From: Balanoglossus misakiensis
Lineage: Eukaryota > Animalia > Hemichordata
Assembly (NCBI GenBank): GCA_040954595.2
Contig: CM082598.2
Location: 4,479,097 to 4,543,096, forward strand
Length of the DNA: 64,000 bases
Direction: 5' to 3'
A model generated the notes under the pieces. It was given only the letters and a program-made list of their open reading frames with translations, made no database searches and had not been told where the DNA came from. The translations under genes and the position numbers were made by a program. Of the stretch, positions 1-10,620 are shown in pieces. Every line of letters starts with the position of its first letter. Within the stretch, counting starts at the first letter, position 1.

Positions 1-196
1 AGCAACTTTGAGAAGAATAGCCAAGCTTAAGTAGGAATACAAAGAGGTTAATAAGAATAGTGACCACCTTTACCAGACTGAAACCCCCAAATTGGCCAAA
101 ATTTCCCGTTTTACAGAACATCACCATAGAATACTTTACTCCATATCTGCAGGAATTGTTCCAAAACACGCAAAGAGTATAATAATCAGAACGTAC

Positions 197-2443
197 CAGT
201 ATCAGCAGAAATTTTAACCTTCTTCATGAAAGCCATGCCATGCTGTAAATCCATCATCTCTCCTTTGAGTTTTTCATGGACCACATCCACTAGAGCAACT
301 TCAGATGCAAGGCCCTGTTAAAATAATTTTCGATTTTTGTCAATATATTTACAATATTTAAAAGACATTAACAGCAACTGCTATGTAAACTTCACATTAT
401 ATCGTCCGAGTCATTTTATTGGTGTATTTTAAGTCATGCTGTATGCCAAAAAAATAAGGAAAGCAAAATAAATTTCTGATCAGGTTACCTAGGTATTCGG
501 CAAATTTAAAAGCAGTTTTCAAGAGGCTATATAATATGTTGTAGTCATTTTAGGGCCACCCAGTACCATCCATTGCTTATATATATACTAAATGCTTAGC
601 TATGTCTACTTTTAGGGCAAATTCCAATCTGATTAAAATCAGATGTAGGGAACGGCGACGTGTTTTTTTTTATGCTGTCGCCTGATTTTAATCAGATTGG
701 GCAAATTCGTCCAAAGCCTGAGTTTTCAAACTAGTATTGTCATTTATGGCCACTGGTGGCGCTATCACAGTAAGTCCTCACAAGATTTATGGTGAGTAAT
801 ACGTCATGGTTCGTAAACATCCGTACAAAGTTAACACTGGGGAAATTGAGCAAAATTTATTTCCAGGCTCATGTGGCTCTACATATAGAGTGATCTATTT
901 GGCAAGATCCATGTCCGTCGTATACATGTACTGTACCGGTACAACAGGAAATTTTTGCGACAGGAAATTTTCATGATAACAAAAGAGGCAACTGTTACGT
1001 GACGATTAATTTTCACGTTCTCTTATTTCACTACCTACATCGCTATCTCCGAAAAACATTTAACGTGACTTTTCATTTTCGTTGGGTTTTTTTTTTGCTC
1101 TCACGAAATTCGCGAAAATTCATCGTTTGTGAAATATTTCATGTTTTACAGTATAAAACACTGCATGAGACAGGGCTATAGTTACCAGATATTGTAACTG
1201 TAACCCAATGTACAAATCACAAATCATATATCAATCAACACACATTAGAACATCTGCATCCCATACATCAAATCTGTCACAGAGACTGGATTTTTATAAT
1301 GACCCCAATGACCTTTAAGTGACCTTTTTAACAATGACCCAAGTGCCCTTTTTGCTGCGGTAAATCTCTCACATGTACTGAAATGCCAACAGCTGTGATG
1401 TAAATAAACAAGACAAAAACAGCTGGATGTATAATTAAAGCTAAACTTTGTCTGCCATGAAATGTATAATCCCCCCCCCCCAGTCAGAGTGGAATCCCCC
1501 GAAACATTCTGGCAAAGGGAGACATAACCCCCCCCCCCCCTTATCGATGCCACCCTGGATGGAGCACTGCAAAGCACGCCTCATTAATTAGTATCAATAT
1601 CCAAATCACTATGGCGACTTCTGACTCTGGTCTTTTGTTGAAAATAACAGCGCCACTTAGAGCTATCCGCACCCACAAAAGGTTAAAGCATGTAAATAAT
1701 GGGGTCATTCAAAAGTACATGACAACTCAACCAGAGGCGGTTTAAGAATGCCACCACCGCGGGTATAAATAGCTCAGATGATCTCGAGTTATTTGATCTA
1801 TGATGTAATCACAGGCCTTCGGAAAATGCATGGTATGGCCAGTAAATCTAAAGAAACGAACAGTTGCTTGCTTATTTGAAAAGCAAAAAATAAATTCCAT
1901 TTTCTACTGAAACAGCATTTTTTACAGACTTCTTGTTACCTGCCAGCTATTTTTCCCTCTGAGATATAATATCAATAGAATAAAGCGTCGGCCCAATTTT
2001 TTTAAAGCTATGTTAAAACATATTGTCCCTTTTATGAAGTATTACACATAGTTCATCCAAATGAACTTAATTTTTAAATTAAGTGGGCGAATAGATAAAA
2101 AAATGCTGACTCAGCAGTCCCCCCCCCCCCATTATTGACTAAATGCACTGCCTCATGCCTTGTATTTTAGAATAGAAACAAGCTCAGTAACCAACATATT
2201 TAATACTACAGATCTTTATCATTCTTACAAGCAGAATACAAAAATCCACACTTAAAATACATAAAAATAACACGTTCAATTCTACAGATCATATATCCTA
2301 CAGCTAGTTCCCCTCACCTGTTGTATGATGCTAAATGCACAGGCCATGCCTACTTGTCCAACCCCAACCACGGTCACTTTGTTGGGAGAATCTAAACACA
2401 GCTCTCCTGTCTGCAACATCAACTTTTCCTTGATGCAAGCCAT
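197..2443 (-). CDS. LDH: L-lactate dehydrogenase, first two coding exons (gene continues beyond window start)
   Basis: Exon 2318-2443 (126 nt) encodes [42 protein letters not shown], with the Rossmann GxGxxG motif. Exon 197-314 (118 nt) encodes [43 protein letters not shown] boundaries are canonical and frame-compatible. An acceptor at 2467 implies a non-coding upstream exon, possibly 3025-~3115. Confidence 0.96.
625..699. mobile_element. 75-bp non-autonomous TIR element with 9-bp TSD
   Basis: 18-bp TIR CAATCTGATTAAAATCAG; TSD GGCAAATTC at 616-624 and 700-708. A related fragment lies at ~44745-44785. Confidence 0.8.
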
Positions 2444-4198
2444 TTCTCAGGAACTTCAAGCAGCAGCTGGAGGAAAATAACACGACATTAGTCATTTTTG
2501 ACTCTTCAGGAAAGCATTTCTGATTATTATTGTATTACATATGCACACACGGAAATAATTCATGCAGACACTATGTACAAATTTACATATGCAAATGCTG
2601 ACTCAAATTTCAATTTTCCAACAAAAAGGCAATTTTTCGCAAGAAATACAAGTTTAAATTCGCAGTTTAGTCCCGACAACGGACGCGATGTTCTACGTTT
2701 AATATTTGAAATTTCAACGGCTAAAAATCACGTACACCTAAATATTTAGTATGAATCAAGTTTGTTTGAAATGTATCGGTCGTGCACATTTTCTGCGCCC
2801 AAAGAAACCAACCCCACGGTAGTGTTGAAGCCCCATCCCCCAGAAATTGGCGGGATGAAGTCTCCAATACCCCGTGGTTCCTTTTTCAGGTCTGTGTCAG
2901 TCTCGAGGCGGGAAGATTGGCAAATGTAGCAAGTAAAACACAGATTTAAGGGACAGAATTAGGGCACTGATATTGCAATGTCAAATCCACAAACAGTTGA
3001 CTTGAATACTTTATCAACACTTACCTACAGAACACGTTACCCGCAAGATATCTTTACAGCCACAGGCTTGTGATTCAGGGCCCTGGATTTTCAATCTGCA
3101 GCAACAGTCGACATAGCTGAAATACAGCAATTTCTAACACGCAACAGTGCAAGGCAGCCAATCTTGAGGATACAGGGCACGTCTCATGATGGATGATGCG
3201 GGGGCAAGGTCCATTCCAAAAAGAGCAGACGATATTTCGCGTTGGCGCCCTCACAAGGCAGTGTCCACTAATCCTTTCTTTACCAGCGCATTTCATCTGG
3301 AGTTTTTCGACACCAAGATATGAGAAAAATTCTTTTTTCATCAATAAAGTTACATTATCTTCGCTTTGATACATGAGAGCGAAATGTTTTCGTACTTTTG
3401 AATCCAGATTGAGCCTTTCATATACTTTGGGTCAGTCATTTTTCCAGCATTTCAAAACTGTCACACACCTTATACAACTCAATAATTCAGAAACACATAC
3501 AGGGATATCATGTCACACAAAAAGTTTTATTTTCATGTGGTTATATTCGCAAAACCTGACAATTTATACATTTGAAATCCCTGTACAATCTTCTACGAAA
3601 ATGCAAAAATAGAGAGCTGATACATTTTTACAAAACAATGATAATCATACTAACATAAACATAAGTACACAATATAGGTATATAAATAGCCTATCAACAT
3701 TGACTACATAGCAAAGATGAGTGATCTATTTCTTAAGATAACTTGATTTATTTCTGGGTTTTGCAGTACCCAATATTTCATATTAATAAAATTAAACATG
3801 ATTTTCTAATTTGCAGATTCAGATGTAGAGAGGCAGTCATCCAAGAACACAACAGCAAAGAAGTGGCAAATGTAAAGATTGAAAAAAATCTACTACAACT
3901 TTTATGATGACACTTGAACATGTGAATGATAGAATATAATAGCACTGTACATGAGGAGACACAAGATTTGAAAATTTAACATTTCTGAGGTAGTACTTGT
4001 AGTAAATCCAATTTACTCTCTAAGATTCTATGTTACACCACATAGCATTGTCTTCGGAATAATTTAATTAAAAAATTGTATAATCTGGTTGACTTGGAAA
4101 CACATTTCATAATTTCTCGTTCTGACTTCCACATTTAAAAAAATTAATGGCCGACGATCATCTCATGCACACGTGAGTAATTTTCTGTGTCCAATACA

Positions 4199-4449
4199 AA
4201 TGTTCTGCAAATTTTGCATTTGACACATTCAAATAGTAGACTGCCTTCGCTTCCTTCCATCTTTCAGGAACACTGTACATTGTATAAGTAGACTTTTAGT
4301 TTTGTCCCTTCTTTTCACCCAATTTGCTGTCTTTCCCCGATTTCTGACACAGTCTATGGCGGCCGCCATCTTGTCTGTTGTTAGGACAGCACACTGCCTT
4401 ATGGCACTGACTGTATACAATTTTTGTAACCAGAGTCTCTGGTTTGGTA
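4199..4449 (-). repeat. Interspersed repeat (~250 bp), second copy at ~51573-51815 on +
   Basis: Both copies share CCAAACCAGAGACTCTGGTTACAAAAATTGTATACAG...ACAAGATGGCGGC...AAGAAGGGACAAAACTAAA...ATGCAAAATTTGCAGAAC. Confidence 0.75.
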
Positions 4450-5083
4450 CATTCACATAAGACGATCACCACCCTTTAAAATTAGAGAGAAAAGTTTGTT
4501 TTGATGCAATTAATGAAACTGACAGTATTGCCATGTCTGGTTGAAGTTACATTTCATCCATTCGAAGAAGGAAATTACAGATTTTGAGAGGTACATGAAA
4601 ATAATGATTATGAGAATAAAATTCAATGGATCAATGGGCATAATTAATTTGTGGAAGTCAATTTGACCAACAATTCTCTGTATCTTAAATAGATCATCGT
4701 ATGAAAGTTCAATCACATGATTATAATTGAGATAACTGGTAAAAAAGTTGACAATTCACTGCACTGTTTAGACAGGTGACAAAGACAATGTATTGCTAAC
4801 ATGCTTTACCCCCCCCCCCCCTTTTCACAGCTGTTTGAATGGAACGGTCTAACTTTACATAGGAAACACTGTGTCTGATTGTGACATTGTTCTTAAAGGG
4901 GTAGTTTGATAAAGTTACTCTGTTTTAACATTTCAATTAGCTGCACTTGTTCCATTGGGAAAATTAAGTTATTTGGCCCACCAAACATACATGTACAACA
5001 CATTATATATGTTCTCATCAATCTGGTGTGATTTGCAATTTGTGGAATCGACTTCTATTGGCTAACCAACCACCCAAGTCATA

Positions 5084-5237
5084 TACTGTAGAACCGGAAG
5101 TTTTCATGAACGATAAATTTCCGATAACTTCCCGAGAGTGAAAAAAAAATGCTATACCGGGTAATAAATAGTCGCGAAAGAACAATGTGTTGATATCGTG
5201 AACATTTCATGTCACGAAAATTTCCTGTTTTACAGTA
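5084..5237. mobile_element. Short TACTGTA...TACAGTA TIR element with TTTCGCGA subrepeats
   Basis: Terminal inverted TACTGTA/TACAGTA. Related copies at ~940-1153, ~30845-31037, ~37221-37418, ~46790-46977 and ~51007-51072. Confidence 0.6.
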
Positions 5238-5265
5238 CATCACCTTTGGTGATCCATCCCTTTAA

Positions 5266-5615
5266 AGGGACAAAGTCTCTCTCTTCTTCCCCATTTTCCA
5301 TTAATTATGTTTAATACAAGACACCGTTTATATTAATGTACATGTGGATGTATAGTGAACCAACTTTCAACCACACACACCTTCCATCTGGCTTGTAGAC
5401 ACGAGAGTGAAAAAAACTCGCCAAACTGAATAATCGGTCTCTACCATTTATTAATTTTTTGGCGAGTTTTTACTCTCATATCATACAAGCAGGATGGAAG
5501 TTGTGCGTGGTTGAATGTACATTCACTACATATGCACATGTACATTAATACAAACGGTGTCTTGTATCAAACATAATTAATGGAAAGAGGGCAGCAAGAG
5601 AGAGACTTTGTCCCT
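5266..5615. mobile_element. Kolobok-like MITE family A (350 bp, near-palindromic)
   Basis: TTAA-AGGGACAAAGTC...GACTTTGTCCCT-TTAA, with long internal inverted repeat. At least 8 copies or fragments occur in the window. Confidence 0.85.
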
Positions 5616-5626
5616 TTAATGGGGCT

Positions 5627-8600
5627 TCAGTCTTGAGACTCTTGCTTGATTTTCTTCGGTTCGTCTCCATGGCAATCGGCCCGTCTCTTCCTCTGACACG
5701 CCTCCTCTCCACCTTTCTCGTAGAACAACAGAGCAGCTGACGATTCCGTCCGCTGGAAATCCGACGGCGATACCTCTCGGACCTCCGTTTCCTCGATGCG
5801 CACCCAGTCGCTCGGACGCTTGAGGAAAGCCACGTGGTGATGCTGTGGAGTCGCTATGGCAACCGTGAGGTCATACTGGAGCACGGTCTGCTCGCGTTTC
5901 AGGTACACAGGATTCTTTGCAATCCTCAAGGCGTTAGGTCTACTGCGATCCTTGTTGCCAACGGAGATCACGAGGCATCGGGGCGCCTGTGTGATTGTTA
6001 GAAAACGCTTGGCTCTCGATCGAGGGCACTGTTTGCACATTGTCTTCACGTCGCGATCGACGAAGAATTTATCCAGGGCGTCTTGGAGGTCCTCTGAGTC
6101 ATCCACAGACAGGGATATGTAGGGGAGCTCTGCATCACTCTCCTCAAAGTGCTGATAGGATTTGCAGAAGGTTTTCTCTTTCACCCGCATCAGGCAGATA
6201 CCGTGACATCCAATCTCCCGCACAACGGATTGTACGATCATCTCGTACGCATCACACGGGCACGCAGCATCAGACGATTTCTCCCGATCTCGCAAATCCT
6301 GAAGGTTGTGGTACAGAGCGCCCGACGCTTTCGACAGAGCCTTAGCAGTGTCGGCCATGACGACATCATACAGCTGGCAAAACGAGCACAGAGACGTCAG
6401 GGGGCAGTTTTCGTGTTTACTTTTAGCGAGGATAGCGTACTCGGCCAGACTCGGGCAATGTCTGAAGGCCTGCAAGACTGCGTTTAAGAAACTTGAGTTC
6501 GGATACCCGTCAATTCCAAGGAACGGTATCACCTCCCTCAGTCTACAACAGGGGCTTGGACTTTCCGATGTTAACACGCCATTTCCGAGAACATTTGTGG
6601 ATTTGATTATCGGATCACATGTAGTCGTAACGCGGTTGATCTTCAAATCCTGTGAGTTACTAGCACTGCATGTCTGTTCCTCCACAGGGCAAGTACTGGG
6701 CAAGCATTCAGCATGCTGATCTGGCACGTTGCTATGGTCATGAACAGCGCCCCCAGCAGAACCGACGGGTGAGGAACGTGAAGCCGACGAGCTCTCAAGA
6801 TCCGGTTCGATCTTGACCGACCGTAACTGCTCTGAATTCGCGCAACAATCGCCGGTATCCGTCGCTACAGCACAGTTTGACGTTGGCTCGTTCTGCCCGC
6901 TGATCGTTGCCTCTTCCGAGGTCGACCACAAATCAGACTGGTTTCCTTGAAGACTTTTCACGTTTGATATTTTTATCGTATTCACTACGTCGTCGATGCC
7001 CTCCCCACTACTGGGGGGCTGATATTCCCCAGTGAGGGCACCATTCCCCACTGCTCGCACTGGCTCTTTTGCATACGAATTAAAATCGTAATAATCCCCA
7101 CACTCTTTACCGACATCGGAAATGTGGTTTGGCGTCAAACTGCGCTCATAGCCAGGCGCGTCATCTTTGTAAATTCCCGGAATGCACCTCTGGAGATCAT
7201 CGGGAATGGTGAGACGGAAGCTCTCGGACAAACCCTCGGATCCAGGCTCTGCAACTGGTAAAGATGAGCCATCAGACGGTTGTGTGTAGCTACCTGCCAA
7301 GGTACCACCACTATCAGGCTGTAGCTGCGACCCGAGTTTCGCAATCTGTAGCATCTGCAGGCTGGCCGAGAACACGTTCTCCCCGACGGACCCAAGCTGT
7401 GGATCCTTAGCAGTGTCAGTCTCGACAGTCAGCATGCCTGCCTGACTCTGATAGTCGTGCTTTGTTGGCTGGGCATCAGTCATCCTCACGGCATTCTTCA
7501 TCTTCATCACGGCAGCAAGCGTGGCTAGTGTACTCTCCTGGCTGCTCTGTCCCAGGGTGACGTCTTGACGTATCTTCGCGCTTCTATCCACTGCGCTGAT
7601 GACGCTACGTCCGGTGGATGGCATCAGTAATTTCTCCCCGTGTCCATTCGCACTCTTTGCTGATGCGGCACCTTTAGCTAACGCTGCAAACTGCTGTAAA
7701 GTCTCATTGGCTGAAATTTCTCTACCCTTGCAACTACCAGTCTTCCGTGCATTTTCAAATACCTTATTCCCCTTGGAAATATTGCCATTGGTTTCTTGCA
7801 AACATTTCTCTGTGAAAATGCATTTTTCTTGCTTTATAACTCTCTTCTTAGCTTTTGTTTCTTTTACAGAGGAACCTGGTGTGATAGGGCTGGTTTTTAT
7901 GTTATTCTCCAGTGCTGGATTCAATGCATCTTTTCTGGTTTGTGAAACAGTTTTTTGTTCGAAATCAGGGCTAATATGACCATCAGCTTTCACTGAGTCT
8001 TTCGAATTATCCCCTGAAATTGGTCCAGAGCATGAATTATGCTTTGAAGTCTGTCCCCAACTTTCTGAGGTCCGTTTCTCTCGCACCAACTTCACCATAG
8101 CAGCTAACTGTTGATTGGCTGTCCCTACAATATCTCGACTCTCATTGGAGTAAGTGTGATTTTCTGTGTTACCCTGTCCAATGGTTGAGTTTGTTTCTGG
8201 TAAAGGTTCTGGAGTGTTTCTTGCGGGTGACTGTTCATGTTTGTTTGTGAAAGGTTCTTCCTTGACATCTCTTGTCTTGAAGCCATTCTTTATGGTCTCT
8301 GTGCTCAAGGAACTTCCAACAGGTGAACTGGTCTGGCCATCTCCTGGTTTTTGGGTTCGCGATTCTTGTTGACGACTGGTATCCTCTGAGTCTCGCTTAG
8401 AATGACCTCTGCCCTTCTTCTGGGTGACGAGACAGGCCAGCGCTGCCAACTGTTGATTGGCAAAGCCGACGACGTCACCTCCCTTATCCGGGTATTCCCC
8501 GCTCTTGCCGGCACGGCTGTTTTCCGGCGAACACACGTGGGCACTCTTGAAAGAGTCGTCCAACAGCGAGGAGACCTCCAGACAATCCTTTCCGGATTTC

Positions 8601-10273
8601 CGAACCAGTGGAGAAGACGAATCCGAATGTGATTGAGATTCGGTTTTCCCGGAATCGGTGCAGTTCCCTTCCGACCACAGCTGGGCGAAATCCCCAACTC
8701 GGTTCCTTTTCACCATCCGGACCAGAGCGGCCAACTGCTGATTGGCTTCCCCGACGACATCCCGGCTCCCGTCCAGATAATCAACAGGCAGTTTCCTCTC
8801 ACGGGCATCGCCAACAGAAGACCGCCACGAGCCAGCTTCGATCTTCACTTCCACATCTCTGCTTTTGACTGAATTGGGATACTGTTCTTTAGCGTAAGTT
8901 TTAGCATGGCTAGCTTTTGCTGTGGATAATCGTCTTTCTTTTCTCTCGGCTTGCATCTGCGTTCCACCGTCTGATGTTTCTGATGGACGCGGCTTGTCTT
9001 GTGTTCTGTTCTTTTTGACGAGCGAAGCCAGCGCAGCCAGTTGCTGGTTGGCCTCCCCGACAATGTCCGTGCTCAGTTTGTCGTCGGGGACGCCAACACA
9101 GTCCCTGTCGTTCTCTCCGGAAGCAGCACAACATCCGGCGTCTATCCCGGATGTCTCTTCCAGCCTCAAGAGCGACGCCAGTCTTCCCAGTGCCCCGGAC
9201 GCCGTGTGTGTCCGTTCCGTTGTCATGTTTAGTTTCGCCAGTCCGCTCAGCTGGGCAGTCTCAGCGTCTGCTACAGCCAATTCTCCCTGGCCATCACCGC
9301 AGGCAATCTGCTCGTAAAAGAGCAAACACGTCGACTCGCGACTCACGGACCGCCACAGCTCACCTTTCACAGACTCCCCGATGCAATACCACTGTCCTCT
9401 CTCACCTTCTGTTGCGCGAACATTGACGTGTGCCGTGTAGCTCCCACCGTCAATCGTTGATCCACTGTGCGAAATCAATGCAAACAGCCTATAGTAACAC
9501 ATTGGTGAATCTCTCCCCTGGCTTGGTGTTTTCAACTGCAATGTGTACGGAAAATCAGACTTATTCCTGGAGGGTGCTGTGGCTTTTTCATTGAAGAGAT
9601 CCAGGCAGACAGTTAAAACTTTAGGGAGAGTTCCTGTTCTTGTTTCACGACGCCTCGTCTGCTCTGAATATAATTTGCATATCTTGTCTTGGACTTCCTC
9701 TTGTAAAGTTCTTGGTTGTTGTGGGCATGTCACAGGAATGATATTATGGAGTTCGGTTTTCCTGTCTGGATTTTCGCAACTACTGTCTGCGGACTGCGCA
9801 TGAACTGAGAATAGTTCATCAAAAGCATGTAGGTCGCAGTCCTGCTTCAACAAGTCCAGGACGTGCTTATAGAAGTACACAGCATCAAACTGGTGTCTCC
9901 CAGACTGGCATTTGCCGTGCAGTGCCAGCCATTTTGCCTGCACCGACATCACAGTCAGGTCGAACAGGGTCGGCTGGCGCTCCTTGGAGATGGTCGCGAA
10001 CTTCAACACGCTGCACAGGACGCAGTGGTCTCGCTGGCAGACGGCCACGTGGCTGCCGTACAGCCGCCGCGTCTGCACCAGCCGCTGGAAGTACTCGCAG
10101 TGCCTCAACACCTGCAACACTGTCGTCAGGTGGCTGCAGTCGCTCAAGTCCGCAGAAATTCGCTGAGGTCTGGTGTGCAGCACTACCATCTCCTGTTCGT
10201 CACTGGAGTTGAAATCTGCACTGGCCATACTGCTGGCTTCTTCAACCCTTTCCCTCATTGACATTTTGGACAC
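5627..10273 (-). CDS. Intronless 1548-aa protein with two degenerate USP (peptidase C19, USP36/42/17-like) domains; probable pseudo-deubiquitinase
   Basis: Uninterrupted ORF. N-domain (~9305-10160): DLSDCSHLTTVLQVLRHC, H-x3-C-x4-C-x2-C, QFDAVYF, LPKVLTVCLDLF, YRLFALISHSG..GGSYTAHV, GQWY, CLLFYEQ. C-domain (~5712-6525): GIDGYPNSSFLNAVLQAFRHCPSLAEY, HENC..CSFC, LQDALDKFF, CKQC, TITQAPRCLVI, AALLFYEK. A splice acceptor near 10390 indicates a 5'-UTR intron. Confidence 0.85.
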   Translation of the reverse strand: MSKMSMRERVEEASSMASADFNSSDEQEMVVLHTRPQRISADLSDCSHLTTVLQVLRHCEYFQRLVQTRRLYGSHVAVCQRDHCVLCSVLKFATISKERQPTLFDLTVMSVQAKWLALHGKCQSGRHQFDAVYFYKHVLDLLKQDCDLHAFDELFSVHAQSADSSCENPDRKTELHNIIPVTCPQQPRTLQEEVQDKICKLYSEQTRRRETRTGTLPKVLTVCLDLFNEKATAPSRNKSDFPYTLQLKTPSQGRDSPMCYYRLFALISHSGSTIDGGSYTAHVNVRATEGERGQWYCIGESVKGELWRSVSRESTCLLFYEQIACGDGQGELAVADAETAQLSGLAKLNMTTERTHTASGALGRLASLLRLEETSGIDAGCCAASGENDRDCVGVPDDKLSTDIVGEANQQLAALASLVKKNRTQDKPRPSETSDGGTQMQAERKERRLSTAKASHAKTYAKEQYPNSVKSRDVEVKIEAGSWRSSVGDARERKLPVDYLDGSRDVVGEANQQLAALVRMVKRNRVGDFAQLWSEGNCTDSGKTESQSHSDSSSPLVRKSGKDCLEVSSLLDDSFKSAHVCSPENSRAGKSGEYPDKGGDVVGFANQQLAALACLVTQKKGRGHSKRDSEDTSRQQESRTQKPGDGQTSSPVGSSLSTETIKNGFKTRDVKEEPFTNKHEQSPARNTPEPLPETNSTIGQGNTENHTYSNESRDIVGTANQQLAAMVKLVREKRTSESWGQTSKHNSCSGPISGDNSKDSVKADGHISPDFEQKTVSQTRKDALNPALENNIKTSPITPGSSVKETKAKKRVIKQEKCIFTEKCLQETNGNISKGNKVFENARKTGSCKGREISANETLQQFAALAKGAASAKSANGHGEKLLMPSTGRSVISAVDRSAKIRQDVTLGQSSQESTLATLAAVMKMKNAVRMTDAQPTKHDYQSQAGMLTVETDTAKDPQLGSVGENVFSASLQMLQIAKLGSQLQPDSGGTLAGSYTQPSDGSSLPVAEPGSEGLSESFRLTIPDDLQRCIPGIYKDDAPGYERSLTPNHISDVGKECGDYYDFNSYAKEPVRAVGNGALTGEYQPPSSGEGIDDVVNTIKISNVKSLQGNQSDLWSTSEEATISGQNEPTSNCAVATDTGDCCANSEQLRSVKIEPDLESSSASRSSPVGSAGGAVHDHSNVPDQHAECLPSTCPVEEQTCSASNSQDLKINRVTTTCDPIIKSTNVLGNGVLTSESPSPCCRLREVIPFLGIDGYPNSSFLNAVLQAFRHCPSLAEYAILAKSKHENCPLTSLCSFCQLYDVVMADTAKALSKASGALYHNLQDLRDREKSSDAACPCDAYEMIVQSVVREIGCHGICLMRVKEKTFCKSYQHFEESDAELPYISLSVDDSEDLQDALDKFFVDRDVKTMCKQCPRSRAKRFLTITQAPRCLVISVGNKDRSRPNALRIAKNPVYLKREQTVLQYDLTVAIATPQHHHVAFLKRPSDWVRIEETEVREVSPSDFQRTESSAALLFYEKGGEEACQRKRRADCHGDEPKKIKQESQD

Positions 10274-10463
10274 TTCAGATTATGGAGAAATTCTTCAGGA
10301 CAGTTCAGATTACATGTACAGGGAAGTCAACAAGCCAATTTCAATATGATGGCTTCTGTGATAACTTCAACTGGAATCATTCTGGCCACCTAGAAACAAA
10401 AATAGAAAATATGTGTTGTTTTAAATATAATATTTTTTGTGTATTTTTAGTGTTAATTTTTAG

Positions 10464-10620
10464 ACACAAAAGTCTCTCTCCCTTGCTGCCCTTTTTCCAT
10501 TAATTATGTTTGATTAAAGACACCATTTATGTTAGTGTACATGTGGTTATATACATCCCACTTGTAGACATGAGAGTGAAAATACTTGCCAAAATGAATA
10601 ATCAGAGAGCTATATTCACT
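10464..10620. mobile_element. MITE family A, partial copy
   Basis: AAAGTCTCTCTC...TTCCATTAATTATGTTTGAT...GACATGAGAGTGAAAA matches 5266-5615. Confidence 0.7.

Noticed and set aside
5856-10261. Many overlapping ORFs on the opposite strand and alternate frames of the USP-like CDS
   Set aside because: Shadow ORFs of a GC-richer coding exon, with no recognisable motifs.
5627-10273. Pseudogene or transposon/viral polyprotein interpretation of the long ORF
   Set aside because: The ORF is intact over 4.6 kb with promoter and UTR context, and shows no transposase, RT, integrase or capsid motifs.
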